From Auanema rhodensis (taxonomy: Eukaryota > Animalia > Nematoda), in assembly GCA_964057225.1 (NCBI GenBank), contig OZ059898.1, positions 2,108,001 through 2,172,000 of the forward strand: 64,000 nt of DNA. Direction: 5' to 3'. This document shows, piece by piece, positions 1-10,400 of this stretch; the first letter of the stretch is position 1, and the number at the start of each line of letters is the position of its first letter. Under the pieces are notes generated by a model. That model did not search any database. It saw only the letters and a program-made list of their open reading frames with translations, and was not told the origin of the DNA. A program made the position numbers and the translations under genes.

Positions 1-23
1 TTGTCAAAATGTTTTTGGAAGCA

Positions 24-51
24 ATGTTGAGTGTACATGGAAACTCAACAT
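24..51. other. Inverted repeat in the monomer: 9-bp stem, 10-nt loop (first copy shown)
   Basis: ATGTTGAGT (24-32) and ACTCAACAT (43-51) are exact reverse complements. Confidence 0.9.
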
Positions 52-134
52 ACACTAATGCATCATTTTTCAAACGATCATAACTAATTTTTGTATTAAG
101 CGTTTCTCAATGTAGTATAGTGCATTCGATGCGG

Positions 135-185
135 ATTTTTAAGCTGCGTCGATCTGTGTTATCAGATTTGCGCTAGCTTAAAAAT
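135..185. other. Long imperfect hairpin in the monomer (first copy shown)
   Basis: ATTTTTAAGCT (135-145) pairs with AGCTTAAAAAT (175-185), a perfect 11 bp. GCG (146-148) pairs with CGC (171-173), and ATCTG (152-156) with CAGAT (163-167) around a 6-nt loop. Confidence 0.9.
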
Positions 186-202
186 GCACCGTGAAATCAA
201 CT

Positions 203-224
203 GATATAAGTTCACACTTATATC
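203..224. other. Perfect 9-bp stem with 4-nt loop in the monomer (first copy shown)
   Basis: GATATAAGT-TCAC-ACTTATATC. Confidence 0.9.
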
Positions 225-326
225 CTCGATTTTCACCCTGAAGAATTAATTTTTTCGTTGAATAACATTGTCCATCGTCTTTGCCTTGAAAAAAGGAATC
301 TAAAAACATCTACTTTTTGCTAAATT

Positions 327-361
327 ATTTTGAAATTTTTCGAAAAAATTTTTGTCAAAAT
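327..361. other. AT-rich imperfect palindrome centred on TTCGAA (first copy shown)
   Basis: A perfect 12-bp core TTTTTCGAAAAA (336-347) is flanked by ATTTTGA (327-333) and TCAAAAT (355-361). Confidence 0.85.
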
Positions 362-1404
362 GTTTTTGGAAGCAATGTTGAGTGTACATGGAAACTCAAC
401 ATACACTAATGCATCATTTTTCAAACGATCATAACTAATTTTTGTATTAAGCGTTTCTCAATGTAGTATAGTGCATTCGATGCGGATTTTTAAGCTGCGT
501 CGATCTGTGTTATCAGATTTGCGCTAGCTTAAAAATGCACCGAGATATCAACTTATATAAGTTCACACTTATATCCTCGATTTTCACCCTGAAGATTTAA
601 TTTTTTCGTTGAATAACATTGTCCATCGTCTTTGCCTTGAAAAATGGAATCTAAAAACATCTACTTTTTGCTAAATTATTTTGAAATTTTTCGAAAAAAT
701 TTTTGTCAAAATGTTTTTGGAAGCAATGTTGAGTGTACATGGAAACTCAACATACACTAATGCATCATTTTTCAAACGATCATAACTAATTTTTGTATTA
801 AGCGTTTCTCAATGTAGTATAGTGCATTCGATGCGGATTTTTAAGCTGCGTCGATCTGTGTTATCAGATTTGCGCTAGCTTAAAAATGCACCGAGATATC
901 AACTGATATAAGTTCACACTTATATCCTCGATTTTGACCCTGAAGAATTAATTTTTTCGTTGAATAACATTGTCCATCGTCTTCGCCTTGAAAAAAGGAA
1001 TCTAAAAACATCTACTTTTTGCTAAATTATTTTGAAATTTTTCGAAAAAATTTTTGTCAAAATGTTTTTGGAAGCAATGTTGAGTGTACATGGAAACTCA
1101 ACATACACTAATGCATCATTTTTCAAACGATCATAACTAATTTTTGTATTAAGCGTTTCTCAATGTAGTATAGTGCATTCGATGCGGATTTTTAAGCTGC
1201 GTCGATCTGTGTTATCAGATTTGCGCTAGCTTAAAAATGCACCGTGAAATCAACTGATATAAGTTCACACTTATATCCTCGATTTTCACCCTGAAGAATT
1301 AATTTTTTCGTTGAATAACATTGTCCATCGTCTTTGCCTTGAAAAAAGGAATCTAAAAACATCTACTTTTTGCTAAATTATTTTGAAATTTTTCGAAAAA
1401 ATTT

Positions 1405-4400
1405 TTGTCAAAATGTTTTTGGAAGCAATGTTGAGTGTACATGGAAACTCAACATACACTAATGCATCATTTTTCAAACGATCATAACTAATTTTTGTAT
1501 TAAGCGTTTCTCAATGTAGTATAGTGCATTCGATGCGGATTTTTAAGCTGCGTCGATCTGTGTTATCAGATTTGCGCTAGCTTAAAAATGCACCGAGATA
1601 TCAACTTATATAAGTTCACACTTATATCCTCGATTTTCACCCTGAAGATTTAATTTTTTCGTTGAATAACATTGTCCATCGTCTTTGCCTTGAAAAATGG
1701 AATCTAAAAACATCTACTTTTTGCTAAATTATTTTGAAATTTTTCGAAAAAATTTTTGTCAAAATGTTTTTGGAAGCAATGTTGAGTGTACATGGAAACT
1801 CAACATACACTAATGCATCATTTTTCAAACGATCATAACTAATTTTTGTATTAAGCGTTTCTCAATGTAGTATAGTGCATTCGATGCGGATTTTTAAGCT
1901 GCGTCGATCTGTGTTATCAGATTTGCGCTAGCTTAAAAATGCACCGAGATATCAACTGATATAAGTTCACACTTATATCCTCGATTTTGACCCTGAAGAA
2001 TTAATTTTTTCGTTGAATAACATTGTCCATCGTCTTCGCCTTGAAAAAAGGAATCTAAAAACATCTACTTTTTGCTAAATTATTTTGAAATTTTTCGAAA
2101 AAATTTTTGTCAAAATGTTTTTGGAAGCAATGTTGAGTGTACATGGAAACTCAACATACACTAATGCATCATTTTTCAAACGATCATAACTAATTTTTGT
2201 ATTAAGCGTTTCTCAATGTAGTATAGTGCATTCGATGCGGATTTTTAAGCTGCGTCGATCTGTGTTATCAGATTTGCGCTAGCTTAAAAATGCACCGTGA
2301 AATCAACTGATATAAGTTCACACTTATATCCTCGATTTTCACCCTGAAGAATTAATTTTTTCGTTGAATAACATTGTCCATCGTCTTTGCCTTGAAAAAA
2401 GGAATCTAAAAACATCTACTTTCTGCTAAATTATTTTGAAATTTTTCGAAAAAATTTTTGTCAAAATGTTTTTGGAAGCAATGTTGAGTGTACATGGAAA
2501 CTCAACATACACTAATGCATCATTTTTCAAACGATCATAACTAATTTTTGTATTAAGCGTTTCTCAATGTATTATAGTGCATTCGATGCGGATTTTTAAG
2601 CTGCGTCGATCTGTGTTATCAGATTTGCGCTAGCTTAAAAATGCACCGTGAAATCAACTGATATAAGTTCACACTTATATCCTCGATTTTCACCCTGAAG
2701 AATTAATTTTTTCGTTGAATAACATTGTCCATCGTCTTTGCCTTGAAAAAAGGAATCTAAAAACATCTACTTTTTGCTAAATTATTTTGAAATTTTTCGA
2801 AAAAATTTTTGTCAAAATGTTTTTGGAAGCAATGTTGAGTGTACATGGAAACTCAACATACACTAATGCATCATTTTTCAAACGATCATAACTAATTTTT
2901 GTATTAAGCGTTTCTCAATGTAGTATAGTGCATTCGATGCGGATTTTTAAGCTGCGTCGATCTGTGTTATCAGATTTGCGCTAGCTTAAAAATGCACCGA
3001 GATATCAACTGATATAAGTTCACACTTATATCCTCGATTTTCACCCTGAAGATTTAATTTTTTCGTTGAATAACATTGTCCATCGTCTTTGCCTTGAAAA
3101 ATGGAATCTAAAAACATCTACTTTTTGCTAAATTATTTTGAAATTTTTCGAAAAAATTTTTGTCAAAATGTTTTTGGAAGCAATGTTGAGTGTACATGGA
3201 AACTCAACATACACTAATGCATCATTTTTCAAACGATCATAACTAATTTTTGTATTAAGCGTTTCTCAATGTAGTATAGTGCATTCGATGCGGATTATTA
3301 AGCTGCGTCGATCTGTGTTATCAGATTTGCGCTAGCTTAAAAATGCACCGAGATATCAACTGATATAAGTTCACACTTATATCCTCGATTTTGACCCTGA
3401 AGAATTAATTTTTTCGTTGAATAACATTGTCCATCGTCTTCGCCTTGAAAAAAGGAATCTAAAAACATCTACTTTTTGCTAAATTATTTTGAAATTTTTC
3501 GAAAAAATTTTTGTCAAAATGTTTTTGGAAGCAATGTTGAGTGTACATGGAAACTCAACATACACTAATGCATCATTTTTCAAACGATCATAACTAATTT
3601 TTGTATTAAGCGTTTCTCAATGTAGTATAGTGCATTCGATGCGGATTTTTAAGCTGCGTCGATCTGTGTTATCAGATTTGCGCTAGCTTAAAAATGCACC
3701 GAGATATCAACTGATATAAGTTCACACTTATATCCTCGATTTTCACCCTGAAGATTTAATTTTTTCGTTGAATAACATTGTCCATCGTCTTTGCCTTGAA
3801 AAATGGAATCTAAAAACATCTACTTTTTGCTAAATTATTTTGAAATTTTTCGAAAAAATTTTTGTCAAAATGTTTTTGGAAGCAATGTTGAGTGTACATG
3901 GAAACTCAACATACACTAATGCATCATTTTTCAAACGATCATAACTAATTTTTGTATTAAGCGTTTCTCAATGTAGTATAGTGCATTCGATGCGGATTTT
4001 TAAGCTGCGTCGATCTGTGTTATCAGATTTGCGCTAGCTTAAAAATGCACCGAGATATCAACTGATATAAGTTCACACTTATATCCTCGATTTTGACCCT
4101 GAAGAATTAATTTTTTCGTTGAATAACATTGTCCATCGTCTTCGCCTTGAAAAAAGGAATCTAAAAACATCTACTTTTTGCTAAATTATTTTGAAATTTT
4201 TCGAAAAAATTTTTGTCAAAATGTTTTTGGAAGCAATGTTGAGTGTACATGGAAACTCAACATACACTAATGCATCATTTTTCAAACGATCATAACTAAT
4301 TTTTGTATTAAGCGTTTCTCAATGTAGTATAGTGCATTCGATGCGGATTTTTAAGCTGCGTCGATCTGTGTTATCAGATTTGCGCTAGCTTAAAAATGCA

Positions 4401-7400
4401 CCGAGATATCAACTGATATAAGTTCACACTTATATCCTCGATTTTCACCCTGAAGATTTAATTTTTTCGTTGAATAACATTGTCCATCGTCTTTGCCTTG
4501 AAAAATGGAATCTAAAAACATCTACTTTTTGCTAAATTATTTTGAAATTTTTCGAAAAAATTTTTGTCAAAATGTTTTTGGAAGCAATGTTGAGTGTACA
4601 TGGAAACTCAACATACACTAATGCATCATTTTTCAAACGATCATAACTAATTTTTGTATTAAGCGTTTCTCAATGTAGTATAGTGCATTCGATGCGGATT
4701 TTTAAGCTGCGTCGATCTGTGTTATCAGATTTGCGCTAGCTTAAAAATGCACCGAGATATCAACTGATAAAAGTTCACACTTATATCCTCGATTTTGACC
4801 CTGAAGAATTAATTTTTTCGTTGAATAACATTGTCCATCGTCTTCGCCTTGAAAAAAGGAATCTAAAAACATCTACTTTTTGCTAAATTATTTTGAAATT
4901 TTTCGAAAAAATTTTTGTCAAAATGTTTTTGGAAGCAATGTTGAGTGTACATGGAAACTCAACATACACTAATGCATCATTTTTCAAACGATCATAACTA
5001 ATTTTTGTATTAAGCGTTTCTCAATGTAGTATAGTGCATTCGATGCGGATTTTTAAGCTGCGTCGATCTGTGTTATCAGATTTGCGCTAGCTTAAAAATG
5101 CACCGTGAAATCAACTGATATAAGTTCACACTTATATCCTCGATTTTCACCCTGAAGATTTAATTTTTTCGTTGAATAACATTGTCCATCGTCTTTGCCT
5201 TGAAAAATGGAATCTAAAAACATCTACTTTTTGCTAAATTATTTTGAAATTTTTCGAAAAAATTTTTGTCAAAATGTTTTTGGAAGCAATGTTGAGTGTA
5301 CATGGAAACTCAACATACACTAATGCATCATTTTTCAAACGATCATAACTAATTTTTGTATTAAGCGTTTCTCAATGTAGTATAGTGCATTCGATGCGGA
5401 TTTTTAAGCTGCGTCGATCTGTGTTATCAGATTTGCGCTAGCTTAAAAATGCACCGAGATATCAACTGATATAAGTTCACACTTATATCCTCGATTTTCA
5501 CCCTGAAGATTTAATTTTTTCGTTGAATAACATTGTCCATCGTCTTTGCCTTGAAAAAAGGAATCTAAAAACATCTACTTTTTGCTAAATTATTTTGAAA
5601 TTTTTCGAAAAAATTTTTGTCAAAATGTTTTTGGAAGCAATGTTGAGTGTACATGGAAACTCAACATACACTAATGCATCATTTTTCAAACGATCATAAC
5701 TAATTTTTGTATTAAGCGTTTCTCAATGTAGTATAGTGCATTCGATGCGGATTTTCAAGCTGCGTCGATCTGTGTTATCAGATTTGCGCTAGCTTAAAAA
5801 TGCACCGAGATATCAACTGATATAAGTTCACACTTATATCCTCGATTTTCACCCTGAAGATTTAATTTTTTCGTTGAATAACATTGTCCATCGTCTTTGC
5901 CTTGAAAAATGGAATCTAAAAACATCTACTTTTTGCTAAATTATTTTGAAATTTTTCGAAAAAATTTTTGTCAAAATGTTTTTGGAAGCAATGTTGAGTG
6001 TACATGGAAACTCAACATACACTAATGCATCATTTTTCAAACGATCATAACTAATTTTTGTATTAAGCGTTTCTCAATGTAGTATAGTGCATTCGATGCG
6101 GATTTTTAAGCTGCGTCGATCTGTGTTATCAGATTTGCGCTAGCTTAAAAATGCACCGAGATATCAACTGATATAAGTTCACACTTATATCCTCGATTTT
6201 GACCCTGAAGAATTAATTTTTTCGTTGAATAACATTGTCCATCGTCTTCGCCTTGAAAAAAGGAATCTAAAAACATCTACTTTTTGCTAAATTATTTTGA
6301 AATTTTTCGAAAAAATTTTTGTCAAAATGTTTTTGGAAGCAATGTTGAGTGTACATGGAAACTCAACATACACTAATGCATCATTTTTCAAACGATCATA
6401 ACTAATTTTTGTATTAAGCGTTTCTCAATGTAGTATAGTGCATTCGATGCGGATTTTTAAGCTGCGTCGATCTGTGTTATCAGATTTGCGCTAGCTTAAA
6501 AATGCACCGAGATATCAACTGATATAAGTTCACACTTATATCCTCGATTTTGACCCTGAAGAATTAATTTTTTCGTTGAATAACATTGTCCATCGTCTTC
6601 GCCTTGAAAAAAGGAATCTAAAAACATCTACTTTTTGCTAAATTATTTTGAAATTTTTCGAAAAAATTTTTGTCAAAATGTTTTTGGAAGCAATGTTGAG
6701 TGTACATGGAAACTCAACATACACTAATGCATCATTTTTCAAACGATCATAACTAATTTTTGTATTAAGCGTTTCTCAATGTAGTATAGTGCATTCGATG
6801 CGGATTTTTAAGCTGCGTCGATCTGTGTTATCAGATTTGCGCTAGCTTAAAAATGCACCGAGATATCAACTGATATAAGTTCACACTTATATCCTCGATT
6901 TTCACCCTGAAGATTTAATTTTTTCGTTGAATAACATTGTCCATCGTCTTTGCCTTGAAAAATGGAATCTAAAAACATCTACTTTTTGCTAAATTATTTT
7001 GAAATTTTTCGAAAAAATTTTTGTCAAAATGTTTTTGGAAGCAATGTTGAGTGTACATGGAAACTCAACATACACTAATGCATCATTTTTCAAACGATCA
7101 TAACTAATTTTTGTATTAAGCGTTTCTCAATGTAGTATAGTGCATTCGATGCGGATTTTTAAGCTGCGTCGATCTGTGTTATCAGATTTGCGCTAGCTTA
7201 AAAATGCACCGAGATATCAACTGATAAAAGTTCACACTTATATCCTCGATTTTGACCCTGAAGAATTAATTTTTTCGTTGAATAACATTGTCCATCGTCT
7301 TCGCCTTGAAAAAAGGAATCTAAAAACATCTACTTTTTGCTAAATTATTTTGAAATTTTTCGAAAAAATTTTTGTCAAAATGTTTTTGGAAGCAATGTTG

Positions 7401-10400
7401 AGTGTACATGGAAACTCAACATACACTAATGCATCATTTTTCAAACGATCATAACTAATTTTTGTATTAAGCGTTTCTCAATGTAGTATAGTGCATTCGA
7501 TGCGGATTTTTAAGCTGCGTCGATCTGTGTTATCAGATTTGCGCTAGCTTAAAAATGCACCGTGAAATCAACTGATATAAGTTCACACTTATATCCTCGA
7601 TTTTCACCCTGAAGATTTAATTTTTTCGTTGAATAACATTGTCCATCGTCTTTGCCTTGAAAAATGGAATCTAAAAACATCTACTTTTTGCTAAATTATT
7701 TTGAAATTTTTCGAAAAAATTTTTGTCAAAATGTTTTTGGAAGCAATGTTGAGTGTACATGGAAACTCAACATACACTAATGCATCATTTTTCAAACGAT
7801 CATAACTAATTTTTGTATTAAGCGTTTCTCAATGTAGTATAGTGCATTCGATGCGGATTTTTAAGCTGCGTCGATCTGTGTTATCAGATTTGCGCTAGCT
7901 TAAAAATGCACCGAGATATCAACTGATATAAGTTCACACTTATATCCTCGATTTTCACCCTGAAGATTTAATTTTTTCGTTGAATAACATTGTCCATCGT
8001 CTTTGCCTTGAAAAAAGGAATCTAAAAACATCTACTTTTTGCTAAATTATTTTGAAATTTTTCGAAAAAATTTTTGTCAAAATGTTTTTGGAAGCAATGT
8101 TGAGTGTACATGGAAACTCAACATACACTAATGCATCATTTTTCAAACGATCATAACTAATTTTTGTATTAAGCGTTTCTCAATGTAGTATAGTGCATTC
8201 GATGCGGATTTTCAAGCTGCGTCGATCTGTGTTATCAGATTTGCGCTAGCTTAAAAATGCACCGAGATATCAACTGATATAAGTTCACACTTATATCCTC
8301 GATTTTCACCCTGAAGATTTAATTTTTTCGTTGAATAACATTGTCCATCGTCTTTGCCTTGAAAAATGGAATCTAAAAACATCTACTTTTTGCTAAATTA
8401 TTTTGAAATTTTTCGAAAAAATTTTTGTCAAAATGTTTTTGGAAGCAATGTTGAGTGTACATGGAAACTCAACATACACTAATGCATCATTTTTCAAACG
8501 ATCATAACTAATTTTTGTATTAAGCGTTTCTCAATGTAGTATAGTGCATTCGATGCGGATTTTTAAGCTGCGTCGATCTGTGTTATCAGATTTGCGCTAG
8601 CTTAAAAATGCACCGAGATATCAACTGATATAAGTTCACACTTATATCCTCGATTTTGACCCTGAAGAATTAATTTTTTCGTTGAATAACATTGTCCATC
8701 GTCTTCGCCTTGAAAAAAGGAATCTAAAAACATCTACTTTTTGCTAAATTATTTTGAAATTTTTCGAAAAAATTTTTGTCAAAATGTTTTTGGAAGCAAT
8801 GTTGAGTGTACATGGAAACTCAACATACACTAATGCATCATTTTTCAAACGATCATAACTAATTTTTGTATTAAGCGTTTCTCAATGTAGTATAGTGCAT
8901 TCGATGCGGATTTTTAAGCTGCGTCGATCTGTGTTATCAGATTTGCGCTAGCTTAAAAATGCACCGAGATATCAACTGATATAAGTTCACACTTATATCC
9001 TCGATTTTCACCCTGAAGATTTAATTTTTTCGTTGAATAACAATGTCCATCGTCTTTGCCTTGAAAAATGGAATCTAAAAACATCTACTTTTTGCTAAAT
9101 TATTTTGAAATTTTTCGAAAAAATTTTTGTCAAAATGTTTTTGGAAGCAATGTTGAGTGTACATGGAAACTCAACATACACTAATGCATCATTTTTCAAA
9201 CGATCATAACTAATTTTTGTATTAAGCGTTTCTCAATGTAGTATAGTGCATTCGATGCGGATTTTTAAGCTGCGTCGATCTGTGTTATCAGATTTGCGCT
9301 AGCTTAAAAATGCACCGAGATATCAACTTATATAAGTTCACACTTATATCCTCGATTTTCACCCTGAAGATTTAATTTTTTCGTTGAATAACATTGTCCA
9401 TCGTCTTTGCCTTGAAAAATGGAATCTAAAAACATCTACTTTTTGCTAAATTATTTTGAAATTTTTCGAAAAAATTTTTGTCAAAATGTTTTTGGAAGCA
9501 ATGTTGAGTGTACATGGAAACTCAACATACACTAATGCATCATTTTTCAAACGATCATAACTAATTTTTGTATTAAGCGTTTCTCAATGTAGTATAGTGC
9601 ATTCGATGCGGATTTTTAAGCTGCGTCGATCTGTGTTATCAGATTTGCGCTAGCTTAAAAATGCACCGAGATATCAACTGATATAAGTTCACACTTATAT
9701 CCTCGATTTTGACCCTGAAGAATTAATTTTTTCGTTGAATAACATTGTCCATCGTCTTCGCCTTGAAAAAAGGAATCTAAAAACATCTACTTTTTGCTAA
9801 ATTATTTTGAAATTTTTCGAAAAAATTTTTGTCAAAATGTTTTTGGAAGCAATGTTGAGTGTACATGGAAACTCAACATACACTAATGCATCATTTTTCA
9901 AACGATCATAACTAATTTTTGTATTAAGCGTTTCTCAATGTAGTATAGTGCATTCGATGCGGATTTTTAAGCTGCGTCGATCTGTGTTATCAGATTTGCG
10001 CTAGCTTAAAAATGCACCGTGAAATCAACTGATATAAGTTCACACTTATATCCTCGATTTTCACCCTGAAGAATTAATTTTTTCGTTGAATAACATTGTC
10101 CATCGTCTTTGCCTTGAAAAAAGGAATCTAAAAACATCTACTTTCTGCTAAATTATTTTGAAATTTTTCGAAAAAATTTTTGTCAAAATGTTTTTGGAAG
10201 CAATGTTGAGTGTACATGGAAACTCAACATACACTAATGCATCATTTTTCAAACGATCATAACTAATTTTTGTATTAAGCGTTTCTCAATGTATTATAGT
10301 GCATTCGATGCGGATTTTTAAGCTGCGTCGATCTGTGTTATCAGATTTGCGCTAGCTTAAAAATGCACCGTGAAATCAACTGATATAAGTTCACACTTAT

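Larger units (their letters stand above)
1..2106. repeat. Trimeric higher-order repeat (A-B'-C) x2, period 1053 bp
   Basis: Monomers at 1/1054 are type A (GTGAAATC), 352/1405 are type B with G203T (ACTTATAT), and 703/1756 are type C (TTTGACCC, CTTCGCC). Confidence 0.85.

Noticed and set aside
9-83. Short ORF MFLEAMLSVHGNSTYTNASFFKRS in each monomer
   Set aside because: Only 24 codons, no recognisable homology or expression signals, and expected by chance.
203-233. Rho-independent terminator (hairpin followed by T-run)
   Set aside because: The stem is AT-rich, the T-run is short and not adjacent, there is no upstream gene, and the context is eukaryote-like satellite.
1-351. Tandem 5S rRNA, tRNA, snRNA or spliced-leader RNA gene unit
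   Set aside because: I could not recognise 5S, tRNA cloverleaf or SL sequence on either strand. An Rfam/Infernal search would be the definitive test.
1-351. Identity with Drosophila 1.688 (359-bp) or Tribolium 340-360-bp satellites
   Set aside because: Length and AT content are similar, but I cannot support sequence identity from memory; this needs BLAST.
1-351. Monomer as a diverged dimer of about 175-bp subunits
   Set aside because: Only short AT-rich words such as TAATTTTT at 85 and 247 match between the halves; there is no convincing colinear alignment by eye.
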